DNA of 64,000 bases. It comes from the human T2T-CHM13v2.0 reference genome, Homo sapiens. Positions 15,271 to 29,119 of the stretch are shown here, piece after piece (position 1 is the stretch's first letter; the number at the start of each line of letters is the position of its first letter). The position numbers and the translations under genes were made by a program. The stretch is from the NCBI RefSeq assembly GCF_009914755.1, contig NC_060929.1; one strand, 5' to 3'. Under the pieces are notes generated by a model, which saw only the letters and a list, made by a program, of their open reading frames with translations, searched no databases and was not told the origin of the DNA.

Positions 15271-15635
15271 TATATTAGTCTGTTCTCACACTGCTATGAA
15301 GAAATAACTGAGACTGAGTAATTTATTTAAAAAAGAGATTTGATTGACTCACAGTTCTGCATAGCTGGGAAGTCCTCAGCAAACTTACCACCATGGCGGA
15401 AGGCACCTCTTGACAGGGCGGCAGGAGAGAAAGTGAGTGTCATCAGGGGAAATGCCAGATGTTTATAAAACCATCCAATCTCATGAGAACTCACTCAATA
15501 TCACGAGAACAGCCTTGGGGAAACCACCCCCATGATTCAATTACCTCCCATCAGGTCCTGCCCCTGACACATGGGGATTATGGGAATTAAATTCAAGTTG
15601 AGACTTGAGTGGGGACACAGAGCCAAACCATATCA
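15271..15635 (-). mobile_element. THE1 (C/D-like) solo LTR
   Basis: tatattagtc...ccaaaccatatca; 5-bp TSD ATTCA at 15266-15270 and 15636-15640. Confidence 0.92.
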
Positions 15636-16379
15636 ATTCATATTCCAACTCGCTATCAGTGGTTTTTCAACTTTTGTAATCTTCTTTCCCAAGTATAGTG
15701 CCCTTGCATTGGTAGGGGGAAAAAGCTTGGTCTGAAGGATTTTCTCTATGTTTTTGTTGGATTTGGCTGCACATTGGATGGCCACAGCTGTGAACCTGTG
15801 ACTCTGCACTGGTGCGTCTCAGTGTGTGGCTACTATTACAAAGTCCTGTTGGATGCCATGTTAGCACCCACTGCAGAAGTCCAAGCTCTCGCCTTTATCC
15901 TTCAAATGTGATGTCTGTACTTCGTGTTACTTCCTTGGATGACCTCATGCTATTGACCACACACCAACAATCTTAGAACATGGGTCCATCATGTGGCATA
16001 ACAGTCTCTTGCATACCAAGCGGAGGCTGTGGAGGATTAGGGTACTATTTGGTACTTATCAATACCTTTTGGCTTTTCTATCGTACAAACCCTCTGCTGG
16101 ATGTTATGGGGACACAGAGTCCTAGCTTATATGTTCCCATATTTTTTTCTTCCCTGAGTTGCTTTGAGTAATATAGGCATCTTATTTGTTTTACTTCCAA
16201 AGTCTCTTCACCCTGTTATAGCATCCTCTTTTGCTTAGCCTAGTGAAAACTTTATCTTCATTATCTTCTTTCTTTTTCCTACCTTACATCTTCTTTGTGC
16301 CACTCGGAAATCAACTGACCCAAGCATAATGGTGAAGGGGCTGCAAAGAAAAAATAAGCTTCAACTATTCCTAGTGATC

Positions 16380-16720
16380 TTTATTTATTTATTTTTATTA
16401 TTATTAATGTTTAGATCAAGTCTCACTCACTCTTGTCACCCAGGCTGGAGTGCAATGGCATGATATTGGCTCACTGCAACCTCTCCACCTCCTGGGTTCA
16501 AGCAATTCTCCATTCTCCTGCCTCAGCCTCCCCAGTAGCTGGGATTAGTCTAATGTCAAATTAAAATGTCTCCCATGCCCTGCTATTTTCTTCTAATTTT
16601 AGTAGAGACAAGGTTCCACCATGTTGGCCAGGCTGGTCTCAAATTTCTGCCCTGAAGTGATCCGCCCACCTCAGCCTTCCAAAGTGCTGGGATTACAGGT
16701 GTGAGCCACTGCACCCGGCC
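16380..16720 (-). mobile_element. AluS with an internal templated insertion
   Basis: Antisense dimer ending gcacccggcc; non-Alu sequence at ~16548-16571. Confidence 0.92.
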
Positions 16721-19700
16721 ATAATCCTAGTTGTTTTTTAACACATTAAAGTTCACTATTTTGTGAAGATTCTCCAAGTAAACTTAAAAATTTCCATTTG
16801 AAAATATCTCATCTCAAGATGATTAGGATCTAGAAAATTATTCTTCTTTTCTTATTACAGGAGGTTGCAGTGTCTAATTCCTATATTTAATGGTGAAGGC
16901 TCAGAATGAAGCTAGAAACACACAAATAGAAGGAAAAATGACTCTCATTATAATATATTGTGTGCTCAGGTAGTAGTAGTTATTAGCAATATACGTCTCT
17001 AAAATTCAATTTGTTTCTCTTAGCTCATTCATCTTAATCAACCCAGGTAAAATAATTACGAGATAGTATCTGTGAAGGCTCAATAACTCAGGATTTATAA
17101 ACCTAATTCAAGAATTTGTTTAAAATGACAATTAAGATTAGGGGATAAATAATATACAATTTATTAATGACTAATGACTCAAATTAATAAATGTCAAATT
17201 AAAATGTCTTATATGTATGGTTAGACTAATAACACACAATCTTTAATCTCTAAGGAACTGCCAAAACTCTTAGGTAAGGGTTCATATAAATATTATCTTA
17301 ATTTAAATCGGATGTTTCCTTTTGTTGTTCTGACTTACTACATTTCAAATATCATATTGATTCATATCAGTTAATTCTTTGTATTAGTACTTTTAATAAC
17401 AATTATATAGGATACTAATCTGTCCTCATTTAGTCAGAGTTCCTGCTTTAAATACAATGTGTTCAATTCCTAAATTTCAGCAACAGAGGTATTATTTTCC
17501 TTTTAGTCAATATGTAATCCTTTGCATTCAATGCAGAATGAAAGGAGATCTGTTTATTTCAAATAAATCTGAAAATTATTAATTGCAGCTGCTGGTTACT
17601 GGAAAGTTGTGCGTCAGCAGTGCCCCCACATAATTGTGCAAACAACCCCACAGTGACTAACTCACACTGGCCTGAATCTCTGTCTCTTTATGTCTCTCTG
17701 AACTTTGCCTGCTCAGAGAAGGGTTTTCCTTTTGCTAGCATTTTGAAAATAAGTGGACCTCATGGAGCATAGCTATGATCTGTTCTTTAAAAGGGGTCCC
17801 AATGCAGACTATCTTTTGGCCCTAAAATGATTGCAGTAAAGCAGTATTTAATACTCTCTCTGGCTTAAACAGCTTGAGTTAGCTTGTTTAGATCATTTAC
17901 TACATCCTGATTTTAAGTACCTATCATAATTTGGCAAGTATCTAACATTTGACATACTGTCATTTCTATACTTCTTTGTCTATAGAAATATGTTTCAGTT
18001 TATATGACAAAGATACTAAATAAATAATCTAAGCCTTCAATTAATCAAAAGCATATTTCATACTAGATGAAAAAATCTTTAAGATGATTTTTTTCAACTT
18101 TTTGGATACCATGTGCATTGGGTTGAAGTCAACTAGTTCTTATGAATCTATATTTAAATTCAGAAACAATAGTTATCAATTTTCAGAAAAATGTATATAG
18201 TTATCACTTTCAGGAAAACTAATGAGTTTACATTTGAAACCTATATTTTTTATCTTCGTAATACTAAAATTTTCTCTTTTGTTTCAATAATTTAAATGTT
18301 TTTCACATGAAAGAAAATATGGTAAATTTGTCATATTATACGATAAATTTTAAATTAAATAAATTTTTTATTTATAATTTTATTGATAAATTTACCATAT
18401 TTTCTTTTATCTGAAAAAAAGGAGTGATATACACATATACAGGCAGGTACATACCGGTTTCTAAATGTAAATTTCAATATGACACATCTAAAACCATGTA
18501 CTAAGCAGTTTCTGGAATACCTCGATAAAATAATAATTGTCTTCAAAATAGTCTGTGCTAAACCAGTGTTCCATGAATAAAAATAGTCCCAAATCACCAT
18601 TTTTATATTGCCAATTAATATTAATTTGTTTAAAGAAAATGATCACCTAAAACAATTAAGTATTCTAAAACTAGTGACAACTCAATATTAACATCATATT
18701 CTGAAAATTATTAATTCTATGCATATTTGGCTATAAAATCAGCTTCAAAATGTGATGTTTGCCTTCAAGAGCTCATTTAAATTAATCAAAAATGTAGCAG
18801 TGGCAATTCTTAAAGATTTGGAGAAAAAACTGTAGAAGTTCACCTGAAAGTATAAACTTTCTGGAAGATCAATATATATCCGAAGGCTATTGCACAATTC
18901 ATCAAATATGTATATATCTATTCAACTAACTTGTACAGAATATCTTATTACAGGATAACTTTAAGTCAAACAACCAACCTGCAGTTGTTTGTGAGCAAGT
19001 ATATAAAGTAATTCCAAATGTGTTATCTATTTTCTAAATTATTATCCTTCTCTATTACATGGCAGTTTATTGGTTATCTCTTGATGAAAATTTTGCAGTT
19101 AAATGATTCTTGTATAAAATGAAAATGCTGAAGTATTTTGGGGAATGAAAAAATTCCTATAAATGAAAGATAAAAGTTTTATTGTTACAGAACATTTTGC
19201 CCATATTAACATCTGTTCTTATTTGGGGAGATTTTCCTCTTGGCAAGAAAGAACCGTACCCATCCAATGGCTCTCAACAAGTCCCAGAATGTGTGGAGAA
19301 CTGCTAAAAGAGCTCATCACTCTGCACCTGTTTCAGCCACACAGGCCAAGTTTGAACTGCAGAGTGAAGGCAGAATAATACACACAAGGTGCAGTAACTC
19401 TGTAGAAAGGAATTATATGTCCCTAGTTGTCAAAATTCATGAATAACCTACATAATGTGATAGTATAAAGAAAACTCATCAGATTTATAATTGCAGTATT
19501 TAAATCTTTAAGACCACATAGGGTTGTTACAATTTTCTAAAGTGAAATTTAAGTATAATTAATTTTTAACCCAAGTTAAAAACTTTATATACATATTTTC
19601 TATTTACTCAAATAAGTCATCTTTGACATACTACTTTGCCCATCTTCCAGGGAATGCTGCTTGCTTTTAGTAACTTGGCAGCTTCTTGCAAGTCATTTCA

Positions 19701-22700
19701 CTGTGAATACCTAATCAATCTTGTTTTTATCCTTAATACTGAGGCCTGCCAGAATACAGGAAAGGGTCTAAGTCACAATGTGGGAGTCCAAAGAGACCCA
19801 ATTTATTGATATGTCCTTCCTAGGAAATTTCACATAAAACACTGGGCTCAAATTCTGAGAGAACGAAGTTCTGCTTCTATAAAGTGCAGAGATTTCTACT
19901 GTTCCATGGATTCTCAAAGGCTACCTCTGAACTACAAAAAGGGTCTATGCCTAAAATACTCTCCCTTTCCCACGATTCTCACACAGAGACCACAGAGAAA
20001 CGACTGTTTTATTCATTTTATTGACACTATTTATTATTTTGGGAAAATATAAGGATACAGTAGAAAAACACGTTTGTTTTATTTGAGAAGGAATTTGGCT
20101 CCTACAACTCTACTTAAACTGCTAACGTTTGGGAGTTCTAGAATGGTTAGCAAATAACACAATGTGCTCTGATACTCACAAACCAGGACAATAAAATAAA
20201 AAGAGCAAAATCACTCATTAGGTTTTCTATAGATTCCAAAGAAGCTTAGACTATCTTTCATCCCTTTCAAGCTGAAAATTGGTGCAATGAACAAGTAGCC
20301 AGCAAGAGTTCCAGAAATCAGGATATTGCTCCTGCCAAGACTTACTTTCACTAAAATCAACTGAAGACTAATCTCTACCACGTTCCCACTACACAACCTT
20401 GAAACTTTGAAATATATCAGGATTAGCTTTTGAGTCCAGGTGTGTCTCAGATTTGCAGTGATTTATTACTTACGATAGCTCGTCTCTTGCCATTAGAAGT
20501 AATATCAGTGTTTGTAACGGGGGTCTAGGTACCACTAAAAATCATATATCATTAGGACATCATGGAACATTTTTCTTCGTGCATAGAGAATATAAATTGT
20601 GTGAAGAGAGAAGCTTTATAGGTATTGTACATCATTGCATTCCAGTACAAAGCCCTATTTCTGGTGTGTGAACAGTTCCAATCTATATTACTAGTTATGT
20701 TGCTCTCGTTGCTATTATTATTGAATAAATGAACTAGTGAACATTAGACAACACATATTTTTAAAATATAATAAGAAATATAAAAAATAATTGTATAAAA
20801 TTAGGCTTAAATGTATGAAGGAATATGTTTTGACAAATGAAATATTTCCTATATTACTATTGGGTAGAACAACTGGTTTAACCCATATCTATGAAAATGT
20901 TTCTAGAGAATATTCCATGTCCTTAGTCTCCAGCATTCACTCAGATCCTGTTCACATTATAATGTGGAATTAGAGTCAATTTTGTGCAAATCTGAAATTA
21001 GCACTAATAATAATTATTTGCAACAGAACTAACATTTCTCAATAGATTATTATAATAGAGGACCCCAGTATTAATTACAGTGCCTTTTTAGTATCTTGGT
21101 ATGTGCTGGGTAACATAAATATTAATGTCTATCAGTGTAGCATTCTGTTATTTAAAAAAACATTTTCCTGTGACTTACTGTGTTTTATTTATCAAAACTA
21201 GAGATGAAGTAAGCAGTGTAGAAATTTAAATACAATTTAAATAAAATAACAATACTTGAAAAAACTAAGCCTCTGAATTATTAATTATCTAAACTATATC
21301 AGTATTCTTTAAAGCAAGAATTTTTAAAATGATATCATTATTCCTCTATTAGTTTGAGAATAATTCCTATTACTGCCCAATGATAACAAATTGTTATGAC
21401 TGTGGAAGTATATAAATGATCAACAGTGGAAAACATGGTTTATCTTGCATAAAACCATAAACATGCTCAAAATCCCTATTTCATTTTTATGTGTGCTAAT
21501 GACAACGCATATTTATTCAGCACCATCTTCATTTACAGGTGGATAGGTGAGAACACTCTCCTTCCATATGCCTCCTTTATTTTCTGCAGCGTTCAGCTTA
21601 CGCTCTGCTGCCTTTGAAAACACATGGATCTTCTGGGGTACTCTCACAGTTCATTTCCCTTTCACCTATAAATTGTAATTTTTGAAAGAGTCTACGGTCT
21701 GACTGTTCATCCACAGCCTGTTACTGTATATCATATCATGATTCTTTACTATTAAACAGATTCATAAAATCCTGGGATATTGCTAAGGCCAAATATTTCT
21801 TTAAAAAATGTTTTATCTACATAATTTGGAAGTGTCATTTTGCCAATTGGATAGATTTATTTATATAAATACAAAATTAAATACATTTTATTTTTGCTGA
21901 AGCATTTTGAAATCAGATATCTGCAACAAAAGCTGTCCACATCATTTATCGATTTGTTGTCTTTTGTACAATGGTAGTTTTATAGAATTAAATGCTTAAG
22001 TTAACTTAAGGTTTCAGTTTTCTTGAATATACATCACAGGAATATTTTGTTATTTTATTTTGCAACTGAAGCAAGTGCCCAAAAATGAATCACTATTGTG
22101 TCTACATGTCTGACAAATTTTATGATGGGTTCTTGAGGAGTCAGCTAGTATGAAAACTTGTTGGAAGAAGAAGGAAAATTGCTAGTACATGAGATTAAAA
22201 TGGAATTGAGTAGGAAGCATGTCCTCTGTCAGAGGTTGTATACATGAAGAGAACTGAGTCTGCATCTTATAGTTTTAAGGGATGTTGCATTTACTGAGAA
22301 AACTGATGACACAAGATTTCAAGCAGCACTCTTTCACAGGCAAAAGAGACTTCTTCCACGCTTGTGCCAGAAAGCAGCAAATGGACTACCAGAAAAGCAA
22401 AGAAAATCATCAGACTTATTCAGAAACTATAATAATCATTATTAAAAGTGTTATTACACAGTACCAGAAAATGGGGCACAAGTTGTTAAGCAGTGTAAGC
22501 ACAAGGGAACCAAGGTCAGAAAGTTAGGTAGCTGGGTAGGCTTATTAGCATGTGAGAGGAAACTGTTGGAACTCCACAAGTAACTGATGAAGACTTCATC
22601 AATGAAACAGACACTGTAATAAGCTACCCTGCACAAATATAAACCCATGAAAATAAAAATTAAACGAGATATAAATATCATGTATTCCATAACTTTGCAT

Positions 22701-23384
22701 CATTGTCAAACACAGTATTTTCTACCTCGTATAGTATTTAACAATGTTGAAATTCAGGGGCATGAAAATTAACCTGATTTCACCTTTCAGTTTCACCACC
22801 TATTAGTGTACTCTTGAACCAAATTATTCTTTTTCTCTAACAGTTTATTTATTTGTGAAGTGTTAAAAATCAAATTATATCTATGAGGATGCATTTATTC
22901 ACATTACATATATTTTAAAAAATGATAATGTAGCTTCGAATATCCAAAGGTGGGACTAAATTCAGGCACATTTTGATTCAAAATTTCACAAAGCAGTCAT
23001 AGCTCCGCATGTATTTCAATTCTTTGTTCCTCTGAGTTTTGGCTTCAGTCTGAGCCTGGTATTCCTTATGGTAGCAAGAACGTCTTGTCTGAATTTTAGC
23101 CCTTAAAATACAATATAGTTCTGTCCCTAGAACAATTTGTATTTTTCCAGGATATGATCTAAATTTACTATTAGACTAGTTAGGGTCAAATGCCTACGCC
23201 CGACTAATAATGCATTGTTGTCAGGTAGATACACAATTCTGATTAGGGTAGTCTAGGTAAAGGGCTTCAGCAAGGAGTGAAGCAGCTTCTCTGGAAAAAG
23301 ATATTTCATTCCTTAAGTGGGTAGAGAGGTACACCAATAAGACAAAGAAGCTAACTGTTGCTAAGAGGACAGCCATCAGTTATC

Positions 23385-23475
23385 TACCTTACCATCTCAT
23401 TAGGTTCTTGTGAAAATTAAATGAGATTATGGACGTGGAGTCACATACATGATGTATGATCCCTATGAAGTATTT
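23385..23475. mobile_element. MIR fragment
   Basis: tctcattaggttcttgtgaaaattaaatgagatta is the MIR core; a weaker MIR-like piece lies near 22785-22870. Confidence 0.6.
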
Positions 23476-23674
23476 ATCTATAGGTAAGGATAATGACAAT
23501 AATTTTTATATGTGAATTTAGGATATAGAAATATTAATACATTTTAAGCAGCTAAACCTACTTCTAGAAAACTTAATGAATTGAAGGTTCGTATCTAATT
23601 CTGGCCCATTCTTAGTTTAACATTGAAAACTGATTTTTATATGAAAACAAGTGTTATACATATTTTTATAAAGG

Positions 23675-23951
23675 GATACATATCAAAATATGATATATAT
23701 AATATATTTGATATATAACTCTTTATCAAATATATAAATTATATATGAAAAATATGAGTGATATATGATTCTGTATCTCATATATAGGATATATGATTCT
23801 TATATATGATGATACATGAATCATATATAATTATATATATCATATGATGGGTAAGTTTCATATATCATATGTCAATTATATATATCATTAAAGTAATATA
23901 TATTATATATATTATTCATGTGTATGTGTGTGTGTAAATATATATATATAA
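23675..23951. repeat. TA-rich low-complexity tract
   Basis: Degenerate (TA)n / ATATG units. Confidence 0.85.
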
Positions 23952-24108
23952 ACGTCCACATACTAGCAACTAAGACTGCTAAGAAAAATTGTCTGAAAGA
24001 AGAGACAAATAGATCTATGATTTTCTTCAAAGCATTCCTGAGAAGTAAATAGAAGAGACTAGACACTACAGTAATCCTTTTCTAAAGTGAGTGAGACGTG
24101 GAAGTGAT

Positions 24109-24224
24109 TGGACAGTCCTGCAGTCACTAAGAACATGTGGCAGCGCACTTATATTGGATGCCACACCAAGAAAGCATACCACACCTTACCTTTACCACAC
24201 AAAGGAGATTAACAAAATAAAATA
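24109..24224 (+). repeat. Local dispersed duplication, copy A (partner at 25231-25339)
   Basis: Shared blocks in the same order: gcact-atattgga-gccacaccaa-aaagcatacca, ttacca-acaaaggag, aacaaaataaaata. Confidence 0.8.
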
Positions 24225-24429
24225 ATCTCAGTTAACAATGACACGAAACTTAAAACATTTTACATTATGAAAGCAGTGGTTCTGTGGTAATCATCCCTAG
24301 AAAGAATTCCATCCTTACTCACTTCAGCAGGTTCTATGAATTGCCAACATAAAACTAGCCTACATTTCAAGAGTTTCCATGAATCTTACTAGTCCTGAAA
24401 GATGTGTACAGAAAACAAATTATTAACAA

Positions 24430-25150
24430 AATTCATCATAATGTTAAATACTGACCAAGCAGAGAATTTACCCTGAAAGAATATATAGAATAAAAAAGCA
24501 TGTGAAAAAATATTCTTTTAATATAAAAAATCTTGAGGAAGCAGATCAATATTGAATTAATGCAAAAATAAGAATGTTTAGAAAAGTTTTGCAATTTTTA
24601 TTATCAAAAAATTAGAAGAAATAATAATAAAAGGAGAAATACTTAAATCAGAAAATATTGCATACAGTAAGAAAATATGACTGGCACATTAAACACATGT
24701 TGGAGATGGTGAATAATCATGTAATTATGCAACGAAGCAAAGGAATAAAGTTACAAATATTATGAAGATATCTTTTCTGAAAGAAGAGAAATTTAATAAT
24801 GAAATGAAGTAGGAATGGTAAGGAATAATAAAGATACAGCCAATCCAAAATCTGTATTATAGGGGTTTTGAAAGAAATAAAAAATTCCAAGAATTAAAAT
24901 AAATTTAAAAAAAAAGAGAATCCCTGATGTGGAAGCAAATTTTAAAAAGCAAATGAATTTGTGTTTCCAAATCAAAAAGCTTCATAAAAAGCAAGACAAC
25001 ATGAATGAGATGTGACCTCACAATTTTGAAAATCTGTTAGTAATATTTAAATTTGAAAGTAAGAACAAAATCTTATTTTCAATTAGAAGAGCAAATAGAG
25101 AGAGAGCTAACAGAAGCAATCACATTGTCAAATCAGATTCGTACAAATCC
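24430..25150 (+). mobile_element. Ancient L1 ORF1-like / HAL1-like fossil
   Basis: Strongly A-biased tract with faint L1 ORF1-like wording; no ORF. Confidence 0.35.
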
Positions 25151-25230
25151 AAGATCTTGCCCATAATCAAGCTATTGTAGTAACTTGAAAGAAGCAGGCA
25201 AATGAAACTCAAAAACAGCTGAGAGATTTG

Positions 25231-25339
25231 TGGACATGTTCTGCTTTCACGGAGAATATGTGTGCACTGATATTGGAGGCCACACCAAAAAAAAGCATAC
25301 CATGTCTTACCATACAAAGGAGGTAAACAAAATAAAATA
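25231..25339 (+). repeat. Local dispersed duplication, copy B
   Basis: Diverged direct copy of 24109-24224. Confidence 0.8.
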
Positions 25340-25599
25340 GTACTAGATAACTCTTAACAGCTATTCTTGCCTGTTCTGTTCTTGCTTGGGACACTCTCTC
25401 TGCCATAAAGAAAATAATGTCTAAAGTCTGTGTGTCCCTTCACCAATGGGAATCAATGGGTTATAAAATATCTCCATTTCATAATAAGATTCCTAAATAT
25501 TTTGTACAATATTTTCTAGGAAATCATATTTTCTAAATTCTTGAGTTTTAGGTTTGTTTACCTTAAGAAATTCAAAACCAAAGATCTTCTGCTAAGAGT

Positions 25600-25654
25600 A
25601 TCTTTTTTATTATTTTATTATTATTTCTTTCTTCTTCTTCTTCTTCTTCTTCTT

Positions 25655-25717
<63 letters not shown>

Positions 25718-27700
25718 CTTTGAGTTCTGGGACACATGTGCAGAACCTGCAGGTTTGTTACATAGGTGTATACACGTGCCATGGTGGTTTGCTGCACCCA
25801 ATCATCCTATCATTTACATTAGGTATTTCTCCTAATTCTATCCCTCCCCTACTCCTCCAGCCCCTGACAGGTCCCAGTGTGTGATGTTCTCCTCCCTGTG
25901 TCCATGTGTTCTCATTGTTCAACTCCCACTTAGTGAGAACATGAGGTATTTGGTTTTCTGTTCTTGTGCTACTTTGCTGAGAATGATGGTTTCCAGCTTC
26001 ATCCATGTCCCGGCAAAGGACATGAACTCATCCTTCTCATGGTTGCATAGTATTCCATGGTGTATATGTGCCACATTTTCTTTATCTAGTCTATCACTGA
26101 TGGCCATTTGGGTTGGTTCCAAGTCTTGGCTATTGTGAACAGAGCTGCAATAAATGTACATGTGCATGTGTCTTTATAGTAGAATGATTTATAATCCTTT
26201 GGTTATATACTCAGTGAGGGGATTGCTGGGTCAAATGGTATTTCTGGTTCTAGATCCTTGAAGAATCCCTGCACTGTCTTCCACAATGGTTGAACCAATT
26301 TACACTCCCACCAACAGTGTAAAAGCCTTCCTATTTCTCCACATCCTCTCCAGCATCTGTTGTTTCCTGACTTTTTAATATTCACAATTCTAACTGGCAT
26401 GAGATGGTATCTCATTGTGGTTTTGATTTACATTTCTCTAATGACCAGCAATTATGAGCTTTTTTTCATACGTTTGTTGACTGCATGAATGTCTTCTTTT
26501 GAGAAATGTCTGTTCATATCCTTCACCCACTTTTTGATGGGGCTTTTTTTTTCTTGTAAATTTGTTTAAGTTCCTTGTAGATTCTGGATATTAGTTCTTT
26601 GTCAGATGGATAGATTGCAAAATTTTTCTCTCATTCTGTAGGTTGCCTATTCAGTCTGATGATAGTTTATTTTGCTGTGCAGAAGCTCTTTAGTTTAATT
26701 AGATCCCATTTGTCAATTATGGCTTTTGTTGCCATTGCTTTTGGTGTTTTAGTCATGAAGTCTTTGCCCATGCCTATGTCCTGAATGGTATTGCCCAGAT
26801 TTTCTTCTAGAGTTTTTATGGTTTTAGGTCTTTTGTTTAAGTTTTTAACCCATATTGAGTTAATTTTTGTCTAAGGTGTAAGGAAGGCATCCAGGTTCAG
26901 TTTTCTGCATATGGCTAGCCAGTTTTCCCAACACCATTTATTAAATAGGAAATCATGTCCCCACTGCTTGTTTTTATCAGGCTTGTCAAAGATCAGATGG
27001 CTGTAGATGTGTGGCGTTATTTCTGAGGCCTCTGTTCTGCTCCATTGGTCTATGTATCTGTTTTGGTACAAGCACCATGCTGTTTTGGTTACTGTAGCCT
27101 TGTAGTATAGTTTGAAATCAGGTAGTGTGATGCCTCCAGCTTAGTTCTTTGTGCTTAGGATTGTCTTGGCTATTTGAGCTCATTTTTTTGTTCCATATGA
27201 AATTTAACGGGTAGTCTTTTCTACTTCTGTGAAGAATGTCAATGGTAGTTTGATGGGTACAGCATTGAATCTATAAATTACTTTGGGCAATATGGCCATT
27301 TTCACCATATTGATTCTTCCTATTCCTAAGCATGGAATGTTTTTCCATTTGTTTCTGTCCTATCTTATTTCCTTGATCAGTGGTTTATAGTTCTTCTTGA
27401 AGAGGTTCTTCACATCCCTTGTAAGTTGTATTCCTAGGTATTTTATTCTCTTTGTAGCAATTGTTATGGGAGTCCACTCATGATTTGCCTCTCTGTTTGT
27501 CTAATATTTGTGTACAGGAATGCTTGTGACTTTTGCAGATTTGATTTTGTATCCTGAGATTTCGCTGAAGTTACTCATCAGCTTAAGGAGATTTTAGGCT
27601 GAGACAATGGAGTTTTCTAAAAATACAATCATGTCATCTGCAGAGACAATTTGACTTCCTCTCTACCTATTTGAACACCCTTTATTTCTTTCTCTTGCCT
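25600..27700 (-). mobile_element. 5'-truncated L1PA (L1PA7-like), ~2.1 kb
   Basis: Minus-strand ORF2 C-terminal remnants (MRYHLMPVR...[13 protein letters not shown]; [12 protein letters not shown]) and 3'UTR; CTAAGAGT is repeated at 25592-25599 and 27699-27706 (TSD). Confidence 0.93.
25627..25716. repeat. Compound (CTT)n-(ATT)n microsatellite in the L1 tail
   Basis: About 18 CTT units followed by about 10 ATT units. Confidence 0.97.
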
Positions 27701-27974
27701 AAGAGTTTTTATAGATAAGGATTCTCCCTCAGTCAATATTGGTAGTCTATGTAGGAGACTGAGTTAACATGTTTGCAAAGTTATTAGACCATCTAGCCCA
27801 CTTCTTTCCCTAGGAACACTTCCTCAGTATACAGAAGACAGAAGAATCACAGCCCAGCTGCTTTACCTCTTTCCTCCTAAGGCTATTTCCCTTTCTATAT
27901 ATTTTTATTACACAATTTTTTTTCAAAATCTTTTTAAAAACTGCAAGCCAATTAACAACCCAAAGACCACCAGG

Positions 27975-28318
27975 ACTTGAAACTTGGTAGTTTATAAAGA
28001 AAAAATATTTAATTGACTCACAGCTTTGCAGGATGTACAGGAGGCATGGCTGGGGGAGGCCTCAGGAAACTTACAATCATGGCCGATGGTGAAGGGGAAG
28101 CCAGCATGTCTTACATGGCTTACAGGAGAGAGAGACAGCTAAGGGGAAGGTGCTACACACTTTCGAACAACCAGATCTCATGAGAAATCTATCAGGAGAA
28201 CAGCAAGGAGAAAGTCCGCCCCCATGATTCAATCAGCTCCCATCAGGCCCTTCATCCAACACTGGGAATTACAATTCCACATGAGATTTGGGTGGGGACA
28301 CAGAGCCAAACAATATTA
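27975..28318 (-). mobile_element. MSTA/THE1D-type MaLR LTR
   Basis: ttaattgactcacag...ggcctcaggaaacttacaatcatgg...gatttgggtggggacacagagccaaacaatatta. Confidence 0.88.
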
Positions 28319-29119
28319 CCCTCTTTCCCCAAGGTTGCGCCATCTCCAGGGTGTACTGGTGCTGGCTTCCAAGCAGTCAAATGGGCTTTAATTCAGAAAG
28401 TCTCACTAGTAAGTCAAGTGGCTAGTTTGACTTTCCTGAGACAGAATCACAGGACTTGGACAGACAGTGATGAACAGGGAAGGTTCTTGGAAGTAAATAT
28501 CAATCACTTGCCCCTTGCACAGTTAACCTACTCCTGAAAGCAGTATATTCTCCTTGCATTCTGTTACCCTTATTGTGTGTTTTTAACATAAGCCACTTTA
28601 CAAGTGAACTTCATTGTGGTGCTGCCTCATATTTTTACTATTCATTGTCCATTTTACTTGAACTATTGAATACAGCCTACTATTCTACTCTCATTTCACT
28701 CCCAGTGGTAGGGCAAGATCTTGGCCTTTCATTCATTTATGTTCCCATTCTATGTCTTTAATTAAAGCAATAAATTTAGCACCTTATTTTAGAATTATCT
28801 GTTATAAATCATGATTCTTATAATTGGATTTGAATTTTTTCAGACAAAGATATAGAGAGTAAATTTTCCAATGTGCTTAAAAAGTGAGGAGTTGGCTGGA
28901 TTTGCTTCTTTCACCCATCAGGCTTTGATAATAAGCTGTCAAACCCTTAATATAAAACTCCATATGTTTAGTTTTCAACTGTATTTTTTAAACCCAAATA
29001 AATAAATCCACCCAGCTGACCTGGCTGTCATTTTCTAGCCTGCTTTTCATGTCTTCCTGTCCTTTTTCTTTCTAAGGTATAGACTATTTTTCTCCTTATG
29101 CAGTTTCTCTGTGCAGATT

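Noticed and set aside
19255-19415. Possible minus-strand exon (cctttctacag acceptor near 19400)
   Set aside because: Weak donor, no protein similarity, no transcript data.
25541-25801. Poly-L/I and poly-N/K ORFs (also poly-Y at 2822-3058)
   Set aside because: Microsatellite translation artefacts.
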